This document shows positions 21,749-34,181 of a stretch of DNA of 64,000 nucleotides, piece after piece. The notes beneath the pieces were generated by a model that worked only from the letters and a program-made list of their open reading frames with translations, searched no databases and was not told the origin of the DNA. A program made the position numbers and the translations under genes. Numbering within the stretch: position 1 is the stretch's first letter; each line of letters opens with the position of its first letter. Source of the DNA: Macrostomum hystrix (Eukaryota; Animalia; Platyhelminthes). The stretch is taken from positions 4,960,001-5,024,000 of the forward strand of contig CATNEN010000034.1 in assembly GCA_950097015.1 (NCBI GenBank), given 5' to 3'.

Positions 21749-24700
21749 TCACAGCAAGCTGCAACATCTTTTCCGACTGCCGCAGCCGCTGTTGCTATCG
21801 CTGTCTCGCCTTCGTCGGCGAAGATCAATCGTGTTTGACACTTGCATGGAGCCGCTGGCAAGGCTGCTTCCGCCACCGGCCGCGCCGCTGCGCAAAACTA
21901 GCGCGTAGGATTTCAAAAGCTTCCTGGCGACTTCCCGGAGCATTTCCGACACTCCGTCGCCTGTTTAATTAATAAATAATCACTTGGATTGACGCTGAAT
22001 GCGAGGCGTAAGCCCTTAAAACTAGCTTCTATCACGGCAAATTAATTACAACTTACCTGTTTTCGCTGACACAGCGGAAATCAGCTTACAGCCGAATGTT
22101 GCAGCAAAGTTTTGCAGCTGGTCTTGTGTAATTGCCGGGCTAAGGTCGTTCTTATTGGCTACGATCACCTTCAAACCTGAAGGAGAATAGAGAAGGACAT
22201 GGTGCAATACTTATGAGTACGAGTATAAGTATACTTAATAAGTATAAGTAGCTTAAAAGTATTATCTAAGTTATTATCCTAGGTCCCGTCAATATCCTAG
22301 GTCCAGTCAATATCCTAGGTCCCGTCAATATCCTAGGTCCCGTCAATATCCTAGGTCCCGTCAATATCCTAGGTCCCGTCAATATCCTAGGTCCCATCAA
22401 TATCCTAGGTCCCGTCAATATCCTAGGTCCCGTCAATATCCTAGGTCCCGTCAATATCCTAGGTCCCGTCAATATCCTAGGTCCCATCAATATCCTAGGT
22501 CCCGTCAATATCCTAGGTCCAGTCAATATCCTTGGTCCCGTCAATATCCTAGGTCCCGTCAATATCCTAGGTCCAGTCAATATCCTTGGTGCCGTCAATA
22601 TCCTAGGTCCCGTCAATATCCTAGGTCCCGTCAATATCCTAGGTCCCGTCAATATCCTAGGTCCCGTCAATATCCTAGGTGCAGTCAATATCCTTGTTCC
22701 GGTCAATATCCTTGGTCCCGTCAATATCCTTGGTCCCGTCAATATCCTAGGTCCAGTCAATATCCTTGTTCCGGTCAATATCCTTGTTCCGGTCAATATC
22801 CTTGGTCCCGTCAATTCCTAATATCAATGAAGTCCCGACAGTGTCATCTAATCATCAGAATATTTTTATGAAATACTAACAATCTTTGCAGTAGAACTCC
22901 ACGTCCTGATTCCATCTGTGCAGGCTGTCCAGCGAGGTCTTGTCGTCGCTGCTGCACGTCAGTAGTACGCAGTGCGTATTTCGATAATAATTTCTTGTCA
23001 GAGTTCGAAATCTCTCTACGCCGGCGGTGTCCCATAGTGCAAACTGTAATTAAAAGAGTGATTAGGTACCTAGGTCCCGTTAATATCGTACCAAGTCAAA
23101 AGTTTGGGTTGGTAAGATAAAAATAACTCTTCGGGTGAGACTGCGAATTTGAGACTGCGAGACTCTGTGACTGTGAGACTGTGAGACTGTGAGACTGTGA
23201 GACTGTGAGACTGTGAGACTGTGTGACTGTGAGACTGTGAGACTGTGAGAATGTGAGAATGTGAGACTGTGAGACGGTGAGACTGTGAGAATGTGAGACT
23301 GTGAGACGGTGAGACTGTGAGACTGTGTGACTGTGAGAGTGATGAGACTGTGAGACTGTCGGACTAAGTAATTCCAAGTCGTACTCGTGGCTCATTCACA
23401 CATCTGAGTTCTTAGAAAGTACGTTTCTAAGAAATGCCCCTATTCACGGCAGCAGTGACCCATTTGGTTCTAATCTGCATGTGTTAGCAGGCAGCAATCG
23501 ATTCTAGTCGATTCTAGAAAAAACCTCTAAAGAGGTAAGCAATATGGTTTTCAGTAACTTGGCCAGGGCAATAAAAATTTCTCGCTGAAAAACATTCGCA
23601 AACTTTTTTTGGAATTTCTACCAGGTTTTCCAATCAATGAAATACGAGATTAAAAGTGCATTCTGGTTCCCAAATAACCACACAGAGAAGGAAAGATTAC
23701 AGAGATTTCTTGAGTTTCACAACAACTTCCGACAAGTTTCAATTGTGATTTGGCCAATAAACTCAGGACTCAAATTCAACTATGGTTCAGCAGAAGTTAG
23801 AAATTATTGAGAAGTAAAAGTCGAGCCGAAGTCAAAATCCCCTGTGAAAATGGTGTGAGAAATATGTGAGAATGTTGTGAAAAATATGTGGGAATGGTGT
23901 GAGAATGGTTTGAGAATTGTGTGAGAATGGTATGACAATGTTGTGAGAATGGTATGACAATGTTGTGAGAATGGTATGACAATGTTGTGAGAATGGTGTG
24001 ACAATGTTGTGAGAATGGTATGACAATGTTGTGAGAATAGTTTGACAATGTTGTGTGAATGGTATGACAATGTTGTGAGAATGGTATGACAATGTTGTGA
24101 GAATAGTTTGACAATGTTGTGAGAATGGTGTGACAATGTTGTGAGAATGGTGTGACAATGTTGTGAGAATGGTATGACAATGTTGTGAGAATGGTATGAC
24201 AATGTTGTGAGAATGGTATGACAATGTTGTGAGAATAGTTTGACAATGTTGTGTGAATGGTATGACAATGTTGTGAGAATGGTATGACAATGTTGTGAGA
24301 ATAGTTTGACAATGTTGTGAGAATGGTGTGACAATGTTGTGAGAATGGTATGACAATGTTATGAGAATTGTGTGACAATGTTATGAGAATTGTGTGAGAA
24401 TGGTGTGAGAATGGTGTATGAATAGTGTGACAATGTTGTGAGAATGGTGTGACAATGTTATGAGAATGGTGTGAGAATAGTGTGAGAATAGTGTGAGAAT
24501 GGTGTGAGGATTGTCTGAGAATTGTGTGAGAATGGTGTGTGAATGGTGTGACAATGTTGTGAGAATGGTATGACAATGTTATGAGAATTGTGTGAAAATG
24601 GTGTGAGAATGGTGTATGAATAGTGTGACAATGTTGTGAGAATGGTGTGACAATGTTATGAGAATGGTGTGAGAATAGTGTGAGAATAGTGTGAGAATGG

Positions 24701-27700
24701 TGTGAGGATTGTCTGAGAATTGTGTGAGAATGGTGTGTGAATGGTGTGACAATGTTGTGAGAATGGTATGACAATGTTATGAGAATTGTGTGAGAATGGT
24801 GTGAGAATGGTGTATGAATAGTGTGACAATGTTGTGAGAATGGTGTGACAATGTTATGAGAATGGTGTGAGAATAGTGTGAGAATAGTGTGAGAATGGTG
24901 TGAGGATTGTCTGAGAATTGTGTGAGAATGGTGTGTGAATGGTGTGACAATGTTGTGAGAATGGTATGACAATGTTATGAGAATTGTGTGAGAATGGTGT
25001 GAGAATGGTGTATGAATAGTGTGACAATGTTGTGAGAATGGTGTGGCAATGTTATGAGAATGGTGTGAGAATAGTGGGAGAATAGTGTGAGAATGGTGTG
25101 AGGATTGTCTGAGAATTGTGTGAGAATGGTGTGTGAATGGTGTGACAATGTTATGAGAACGGTGTGACAATGTTGTGAGAATGGTATGACAATGTTATGA
25201 GAATGGTGTGAGAATGGTGTGAGAATGTTGTGAGAATAGTGTGAGAATGGTGTATGAGTAGTGTGACAATGTTGTGAGAATGGTATGACAATGTTATGAG
25301 AATGGTGTGAGAATGGTGTGAGAATGGTGTGAGAATGGTGTGACAATGTTATGAGAATGGTGTGAGAATGGTGTGAGAATGGTGTGAGAATTGTCTGAGA
25401 ATTGTGTGAGAATGGTGTGTGAATGGTGTGACAATGTTGTGAGAATAGTTTGACAATGTTGTGAGAATGGTGTGACAATGTTGTGAGAATGGTATGACAA
25501 TGTTGTGAGAATGGTATGACAATGTTGTGAGAATAGTTTGACAATGTTGTGTGAATGGTATGACAATGTTGTGAGAATGGTATGACAATGTTGTGAGAAT
25601 AGTTTGACAATGTTGTGAGAATGGTGTGACAATGTTGTGAGAATGGTATGACAATGTTATGAGAATTGTGTGACAATGTTATGAGAATTGTGTGAGAATG
25701 GTGTGAGAATGGTGTATGAATAGTGTGACAATGTTGTGAGAATGGTGTGACAATGTTATGAGAATGGTGTGAGAATAGTGTGAGAATAGTGTGAGAATGG
25801 TGTGAGGATTGTCTGAGAATTGTGTGAGAATGGTGTGTGAATGGTGTGACAATGTTGTGAGAATGGTATGACAATGTTATGAGAATTGTGTGAGAATGGT
25901 GTGAGAATGGTGTATGAATAGTGTGACAATGTTGTGAGAATGGTGTGGCAATGTTATGAGAATGGTGTGAGAATAGTGGGAGAATAGTGTGAGAATGGTG
26001 TGAGGATTGTCTGAGAATTGTGTGAGAATGGTGTGTGAATGGTGTGACAATGTTATGAGAACGGTGTGACAATGTTGTGAGAATGGTATGACAATGTTAT
26101 GAGAATGGTGTGAGAATGGTGTGAGAATGTTGTGAGAATAGTGTGAGAATGGTGTATGAGTAGTGTGACAATGTTGTGAGAATGGTATGACAATGTTATG
26201 AGAATGGTGTGAGAATGGTGTGAGAATGGTGTGAGAATGGTGTGACAATGTTATGAGAATGGTGTGAGAATGGTGTGAGAATGGTGTGAGAATGGTGTGA
26301 GAATTGCGTGTGAATGGTGTGAGGATTGTCTGAGAATTGTGTGAGAATGGTGTGTGAATGGTGTGACAATGTTATGAGAATGGTGTGAGAATGGTGTGAG
26401 AATGGTGTGAGAATGGTGTGAGAATTGCGTGTGAATGGTGTGTGAATGGTGTGACAATGTTATGAGAATGGTGTGAGAATGTTGTGAGAATGGTGTGAGA
26501 ATGGTGTGAGAATGGTGTGAGAATGGTTTGTGAATTGTGTGAGAATGGTGTGAGAATGGTGTGAGAATGGTGTGAGAATGGTGTAAGAATGGTGTGAGAA
26601 TGGTTTGTGAATTGTGTGAGAATGGTGTGAGAATGGTGTGAGAATGGTTTGTGAATTGTGTGAGAATGGTGTGAGAATGGTGTGAGAATGGTGTGAGAAT
26701 GGTGTAAGAATGGTGTGAGAATGGTTTGTGAATTGTGTGAGAATGGTGTGAGAATGGTGTGAGAATGGTGTGAGAATGGTGTGAGAATGGTGTGAGAATG
26801 GTGTGAGAATGGTGTGAGAATGGTGTAAGAATGGTGTGAGAATGGTGTGAGAATGGTGTGAGAATGGTGTGAGAATGGTGTGCAATTTATTTGCAAGAAA
26901 CAGCGATGATGACATGAGGTTGCTTTTTTAAAGGAAGCTATTTTTGTACATTCTTAAAAAATTGCGTTTAGAAATGTACAGTAACAGCAGCTGCTTGTTT
27001 AAACTCCAATATTTACGCATTGCAAATTCATTAAATGCCATTCGCCTTTGTGCAAGGAAATAAAAATTCTAAAATTTATTCTCGTATCAGTTTTTTAGAA
27101 ATTATTTGGTGCCGTGGAGACACTACTGAATTTAAAGGAAAAAATGGTGAGAAAAAAAATTGGCATCACACAATGGCCTGAGCTGTAGCAATGTCCCCCC
27201 CAAACTAAACCCGGACACCCGGGAACACTTCACTGCAATGGCAAGCATTTTTACCTGTCTAACTCAACACTGCTTACTCCGTCTCCCATCTCCCCTCCCA
27301 ATAGGCGTTTCCAAGCGCCAGTCATTGCTGTCTTGGATACAGGCATCCCCGGCCGGATGCATCCAAAACAGGATTACAGCAGCTGTGGGACAAGCCTAGC
27401 TAAAGTAAGGCCTTTATAATTCTGGCATACATTTTCTTTGAAGCAATTAAAGTACAGAAATTATCGAATAAAACATGCACATCTCTTCCATTAGACATCA
27501 TTCAAGGTCAAGGTAGGATGCGAAATTCCTGCGAATCTTATTTTATTTGCACTACCGGCACTTTAATGCCTCAAACCCGACACCAGCTTTCAATCTGACA
27601 CCCCAGAGAGAATCGTCAAACAAACACCAGCTTTCAATATGACACCCCAGAGAGAATCGTCAAACAAACACCAGCTTTCAATCTGACACCCCAGAGTGAA

Positions 27701-28122
27701 TCGTCAAACATTCACCAGCGTTCAATCTGACACCCCAGAGAGAATCGTCAAACACACACCAGCTTTCAATCTGACACCCCAGAGTGAATCGTCAAACATT
27801 CACCAGCGTTCAATCTGACACCCCAGAGAGAATCGTCAAACAAACACCAGCTTTCAATCTGACACCCCAGAGAGAATCGTCAAACACACACCAGCGTTCA
27901 ATCTGACACCCCATAGATAGTATTTGGTCGTGAACCAACCTTCACTCTGGTTCCGTCCACTTCCACAGCGGTGCTGCAACTCTCGATGCCAATGGTGACA
28001 TCGGCGCTGAATACGTCCTCTTTAATGCGCATGAATAGTGAAGTCTTGCCCACTCCACTCTCGCCAATTAGTACCAGTTTAAACATCGGCGTGCGAAGCA
28101 TAGAGTACCTGTGATCTTGCAT
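21749..28122 (-). CDS. Divergent Rab-like small GTPase, 4 exons, ~225 aa
   Basis: Exons 28122-27940, 23043-22881, 22176-22057 and 21960-21749 (678 nt, phases consistent). G1 GESGVGKT, G2 TIG, G3 WDTAGVERF, RNYYR, G4 NKND, G5 SAK; C-terminal CCSLL prenylation motif. Confidence 0.88.
22276..22815. repeat. 18-bp minisatellite (CTAGGTCCCGTCAATATC), ~30 copies, Rab intron 2
   Basis: Tandem periodicity; fills most of intron 22177-22880. Confidence 0.95.
23136..23358. repeat. 8-bp microsatellite (GAGACTGT)n, Rab intron 1
   Basis: Direct reading of the sequence. Confidence 0.95.
23850..26882. repeat. 11-bp-based satellite (GTGTGAGAATG / GTGACAATGTT variants) with higher-order structure, Rab intron 1
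   Basis: Marker variant GGATTGTC recurs at 24508, 24706, 24904 and 25102 (198-bp period). A block is duplicated at a 902-bp offset. Confidence 0.95.
27581..27912. repeat. 44-bp minisatellite, ~7.5 copies, adjacent to the Rab exon 1 donor
   Basis: CACCAG starts at 27581 and 27625. Confidence 0.92.
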
Positions 28123-28317
28123 GTCTGTCCAGTAACCTTAAGCTCGAGTAAAATCCAGAGATTCCTTCTTAGAAGAGACATAAGCGATTCTTTCTATTTA
28201 ATCAAAATTTCGCAGCACAAATAGCAAATAGATAAGACACGGGAGAGTCAACAAAAATCTTTTCTTAGTAGGGCTCCAGTCACCACGCCCGTTGTCTGTC
28301 AACTGTACAGAAAACCA

Positions 28318-31300
28318 ATGTACTGGCGGCAGTCACCAGAAACTTTGTGAGGCGTGCATCAGAAAGTGTTATTAAAATAACCTTTACGACTTGCACCATG
28401 ACGACATGGTTCAAAAATGCTATTTAAATATTATTTTTTAATAGTTATTTTAGAAAGTTTGCCTAAACTTAACTTTAATATTGACGGGCCAATATTAAAA
28501 CTCACGTGATGAAGAGTTTCACATTTTCCTATGAAATGTTTGTTCTTTGGTTAGACTTTTAAAAAAATAATAAACATGATAAATAAAAAAATGCGGCCAC
28601 AATTCCTTGTTGAACTATTAGGAAAAAAACAACTATAGAAATCACTTTCGATATCGGCAAACATCTCACTCAATCTCACACCAATCTCACTCCAATCTTA
28701 CTCCATCTCACACCAATCTCACTCAATTTTACTCCAATCTCACTCAATCTCACACCAATCTCACTCCATCTCACACCAATCTCACTCAATCTCACACCAC
28801 TCTCACTCAATCGCATACCGTTCCATAACTTTCTCAGACCATTCTCACATACTCGTAATTCTCACTCGATTCTCACATGATTCTCACATGATTCTCACAT
28901 GATTCTCACATGATTCTCACATGATTCTCACTCGATTCGCACATGATTCTCACATGATTCTCACATGATTCTCACATGATTCTCACATGATTCTCACATG
29001 ATTCTCACATGATTCTCACATGATTCTCACTCGATTCTCACATGATTCTCACTCGATTCTCACATGATTCTCACTCGATTCTCACTCGATTCTCACTCGA
29101 TTCTCACATGATTCTCACACAATTCTCACATGATTCTCACACAATTCTCACACGATTCTAACTTGATTCTCATATGATTCTCACTTGATTCTCATATGAT
29201 TCTTGCATCTCCAACCGTTCTCAAATCATCCACACTTCAATCCCACACCGCCAGAGTCCAGCTCAGCGGCAAAAGCTCCAGCGCCGTCGCCAGCGCTGCC
29301 ACCAGCGCCCCATGCCCCAGCACCGACATCAACAGCGACGCTGACAGGCAGAGCGCCAGATTCTTTGGCATCCACAAAGTGGTCCGGCCAGCACAGGCGG
29401 CCAGGCGCCGAAGTCGTCCAAGACTCCAGCTGAGCGAGTGCTTCGTCCTGCTGCCCGGCGAAGGCATTGTCAACATTCCCTTCGACGAGGTCGCTGACGC
29501 CGACGCGACTCTGGCCAGCGTTGGCAGGCAGCTGGAGCTGCAGACTGGATACGTCATGTCCGCCTGCGAGCTGGTGGCCAGTGAGCGCTGATGTAATTTT
29601 CATTTGGATTGTCATGTGAGAACGGTGTGAGGATGATGTGACAATAGTCCGAATTGTATGAGAATGGTGTGAGATTCATTAGAGAATGGTGAAAAATGGT
29701 GTGAGGATGGTGTCGAGAATAATAGAGGGTGGATATAGGTATCTTGAAATAATCATTTAAGAATCGAGTAAGACTCGTGTGATAATCGTGTGAGAATTGT
29801 GTGAGAGTTGTGTGAGATGAGAGAATTTTTTGAGAAAGGTTTGAGCATGGTATGAGATTGGTGCGAGAATGGCTAGAATGGTGTGAGAATGGTGCGAGAA
29901 TGATGTGAAAATGATGTGAGAATGGTGTGAGAATGGTGTGAGAATGGTATGAAAATGGTTTGATAATGGTGTGAGAACGGTGGGAGAATAGTGTTAGAAT
30001 GATGTGAGAATGGTATGAGAAGAATTGTGTGAGAATGGTGGGAGAATAGTGTGAGAATTGTGTGAGAATGGTGTGAGAATGCAGTAGAGAATGGTTTGAG
30101 AATGGTGTGAGAACGGTTTGAGAATGGTGTGAGAATGCTATGAGAATAGTGTGAGAAAAGTGTGAGAATTGTGGGAGAATGGTGAAAGGCTAGTCTAGGT
30201 TGCCACCAATAGTCATTGTCCGCATCCGCCACGCTTTATCAACGAAGATGACGAAGGGCAGCGTCGAGGCCACGTCTTTAACGGCGCCACCCTCAGCCTG
30301 CAACTGCTGCCGGCTTATCGGCGGCTTCTGGCAGACGTACAGGCCAACAGCTGCCCGGCTGTGCGCGCCTGGCTCGCCGCGGCTGGCAGAGCAGCTCCGG
30401 GAGGCGCCGAGGCATCGGAGGGCCGTCTGGGACTTCGGCCGGTGGCGCATGCGGGCCTCCTGCTGTCCTGCTGCATGAGCAATCTGGGGCTGGTGCGTCT
30501 GTTCCTGCAGGCCATGCGTGAGCTGCCCTGTCACATGAATATTCTAATATTCTTCACTAACTCCTTTTCCTTCACCATTTTTTCCTTCATTTACGAATTT
30601 TACGTCATTCAATAATTTAAATTCGTTAAAGTTAAGTTAAAGTTCGTTTACCAATTCAAGTTCGTTCACCAATTCTAGTTCGTTTACCTATTCTTGTTCG
30701 TTCACCAATTCTTGTTTGTTCACGAATTCTAGTTTGTTCACCAATTCTTGTTTGTTCACCAATTCTAGTTTGTTCACCAATTCTAGTTTGTTCACCAATT
30801 CTTGTTTGTTCACCAATTCTTGTTTGTTCACCAATTCTAGTTTGTTCACCAATTCTTGTTTGTTCACCAATTCTAGTTTGTTCACCAATTCTTGTTTGTT
30901 CACCCATTCTAGTTCGTTCACCAATTCTAGTTCGTTTACCAATTCTAGTTCGTTCACCAATTCTAGTTTGTTTACCAATTCAAGTTTGTACACCAATTCA
31001 AGTTTGTACACCAATTCTAGCTTGTTCACCAATTCTAGTTTGTTCACCAATTCAAGTTCGTTCACCAATTCTAGTTTGTTCACCAATTCTAAATTGTACA
31101 CCAATTCTAGTTTGTTCACCCATTCTAGTTCGTTCACCAATTCTAGTTCGTTTACCAATTCTAGTTCGTTTACCTATTCTTGTTTGTTCACCAATTCTAG
31201 TTTATTCACCAATTCTAGTTTATTCACCAATTCTTGTTCGTTCACTAATTCAATTTCATTTATGTAGTTACTCGTATATATTTATAATTAAAACGGTAAT

Positions 31301-32492
31301 TCCTGGGCTATAGATATTTTTCCTTCCTCACTGTTACCGAGTTCGTTCCGTACTCATACGAGTAGGAAGGTCAGTTAAACTTAAGCACACTCAAAATAAA
31401 ATAGGTGCCTAGATTGATTGTTGTCAATATGTTAAGAGAAAGTGCTAAATGCTTGAAGATATTTTAAATAACATAAAAATCCAGTGTGTCCTTTGAGCTT
31501 CGTAGGGCCACGCGATAAGACTTGCAGGCAATGCAGATTTACATGGACTGCAAAAATAGCTAATTTATTGGCTTTTTACTGGCTAAAAAATAGAATATAA
31601 TTTCTACTCTATTCTATTCCATTCTATTCTATTCTATTCTATTCTATTCTATTCTATTCTATTCTATTCTATTCTATTCTGTTCTATTCTATTCTATTCT
31701 ATTCTATTCTGTTCTATTCTATTCTGTTCTATTCTATTATATTCTATTCTATTCTATTCTATTATATTCTATTATATTATATTCTATTCTATTCTATTAT
31801 ATTCTATTATATTATATTCTATTCTATTCTACTCTATTCTATTCTATTCTATTCTATTCTACTCTATTCTATTCTATTCTATTCTATTCTATTCTACTCT
31901 ATTCTATTCTATTCTATTCTACTATATTCTATTCTATTCTATTCTTTTCAATATCAAGGCCAGCAGAAATTCCAAACCTTCATCAATTATTCATCCAGCC
32001 GAGCTAGCCAACGCAGTCACGAGTGATACGAGTCGCACCTGCCTGCACTTTGCCTGCTACCACGAGCAGACGTCGGTGTGCCGGCTGCTGCTGTGTCGAA
32101 TGTGCCGCCAAGCCGCAGCACTGCGCGACTGCGACGGCCTTCTGGCTGCGGATTACGCCAGTCCGGGGTCTCCAGCCCGCATTCTGGCGTTGAAGGCCTC
32201 CGCGACAATGTCCGCTGGAGCTTCGCAGCAGCAACAAGGCTTCCCTAGCAACAACTGTTGTCAGTCTTCTAATTGTTGCCATGATAACAGGCCGGACTGT
32301 TGTCAGAGTCTGGGACTTCATCGCGTTGCAATGCGTCGACATGGCAACGGTTGCCAGCGGTCGATGACGCATCGGCTGCGAGTATTCGACTTCCCGATGC
32401 CCGATCTACGATCAGGCGGCTGCAGCGGCTGCTGCCAGCACGGCCTTCCGGCCCTGGGCCCGCGTTCCAGGACAACTGATGGCGCGTTCTGA
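28318..32492 (+). CDS. Ankyrin-repeat-containing protein (3' exons solid, 5' exons tentative)
   Basis: Exons 30199-30517 and 31999-32492 join in phase 1 to give LLLSCCMSNLGLVRLFLQAMPELANAVTSDTSRTCLHFACYHEQTSVCRLLL...RDCDGLLAADYA (ankyrin consensus). Tentative upstream exons are 28318-28346 (donor GTGAGG) and ~29255-29573/29580; the exon 2-3 junction phase is unresolved. Confidence 0.6.
28665..29200. repeat. CTCACACCAAT-like and (GATTCTCACAT)n 11-bp arrays
   Basis: Same ATTCTCAC core as the 23850-26882 and 29612-30184 arrays, but in the opposite orientation. Confidence 0.9.
29612..30184. repeat. Degenerate GTGTGAGAATG 11-bp array
   Basis: Direct reading; inverted relative to 28665-29200. Confidence 0.9.
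30645..31248. repeat. 18-bp minisatellite (ACCAATTCTAGTTTGTTC), ~33 copies, intronic
   Basis: Tandem periodicity. Confidence 0.95.
31606..31945. repeat. (CTATT)n pentanucleotide microsatellite
   Basis: Direct reading; ends ~50 bp before acceptor 31998. Confidence 0.97.
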
Positions 32493-33289
32493 TCTTGATG
32501 GACATTTTCCCCCGGCTTTTCATTACAATTAATGATTTAGAGACTCATTATTATTTCTTTCATAAAGCGATCGCGTGACGCGATTGACTTTATGCGTCCT
32601 CTTTACAGTAGGACCAATGGTGGTATTTCAACATATTTTTCGTCTTTCAGCACATCTCGTTTCTGAAATATTCAACCAATCGACATGAAAATCCAGAACA
32701 CGGGTTAAATTTATCCACTCTATATAGTAAAACAACTTCCGGAGTCGCAATATATCGGCATCATCAAGATATTCAACTATTCCCGTCAGGATGTCTGGTG
32801 GCTTAAACCATCAAAATAGGCAATTTTTTCTCACAAAGTTTCATCATGTAACCATGACGGCTATTTCTGGTGGTGATATTGTCAATTATTTTTATTTTGA
32901 AACAAGATGAATTCGCCAAAAAGGTTTATAAAGAGAAATGTTAGTTGTCCTTGCAGGGACAACTAACATTTAGGGTTTTAGTTGTCCCTGTGTCCTTGTC
33001 ACCAGGGTCTTCGAGAAGAATTACTGAATATCTCATCGATGCAGACGTAAGACGCTTTGAAAGTTCCCGGTGGGACATTTACTATACGCCCCTCTGTACG
33101 CCCCACTATGCGCCTTCCCACCAGTCACCGGTGGGGCGGCGTATAGTGTGGCCAGGCGGCGCACTGGTGGCCCACTGGTGGGAGGGCGCGGGTTGGGGTG
33201 GGGGGTAAATAAAATTTGGGGCATATCCTCAAAATCTACTGTTAGTAGGCTGTGTTGTATTTTTTGAGCGCAGTAATTAATCGACCATT

Positions 33290-33595
33290 TTCAACTGGGG
33301 GATAATTGTCAACTGGGGATCATTGTCAACTGGGGGATTATTGTCAACTGGGGGATTATTGTCAACTGGGGATCATGGTCAACTTGGGGATCATGGTCAA
33401 CTGGGGGATCATCATCAACTGGGGGATCATGGTCAACTTGTGGATCATGGTCAACTGGGGGATCATTGTCAAGTGGGGGATCATCATCAACTGGGGGATC
33501 ATCATCGAATAGGGGATCATTGTCAACTGGGGATCATCATCAATGGGTAGTCATCATCAAATGGAGGATCCTGGTCAACTGGGGGATCGTCATCG
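33290..33595. repeat. 17/18-bp minisatellite (GTCAACTGGGGGATCATT)
   Basis: Tandem periodicity. Confidence 0.9.
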
Positions 33596-34181
33596 AGGTC
33601 TAGGTCATAGGTCGTCATAGGTCATCGTCAAGAGCGGAAAATTTAGATCTATTATAATGGTGTACTTTCACGAAAATCGGTCATTTGGTTTGGGAGCTGT
33701 CGTGAAGTAGGCAGTGGGTATTTGAAATACTCCGTGGTCTTTCCCAAGAGGGAAAAATTGCGCGATCTTTCTTCAGTCAATGTATTTCCAGCCTAAAGTC
33801 GGTCTTCAACGATTTTCAGCCATTGTACAATCAGCCATTGTAAATCGGTCGATTTAATTTAATAAAAAGCGAGAATGATGAAATATTTCGGTCATATTGC
33901 TGCGCCCTTATTGGCTAACGCCGCCGTGACCGCCACCCCAACCTATATTTTCTACACCCTCCCATCCAATCGGGATTTCGAGCTGAAATCTAATTGGACG
34001 AAACTTCTCTACCAATCGGATTGTGTTGAAGCGACTTTTTACTGAATTGTGGCCATAGATTATCTACAATATAGATAACATAAAGATCAACATAACATAA
34101 AGACTGGTAAAGTTTTTTTACTGGCGCTACGAAGAAATGTCTCTCTTTGAATTTCTTGTTGCGAAGACGAAAAGTGCAAAC

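Noticed and set aside
23797-26915. His/Ser/Thr-rich ORFs (SHHSHTIL...)
   Set aside because: Translations of the intronic 11-bp satellite within the Rab gene.
33660-33720. TTTCACGAAAATCGGTC...GGTTTGGGAG motif reminiscent of Helitron-derived interspersed elements
   Set aside because: Only a short motif, with no definable termini; not enough to call an element.
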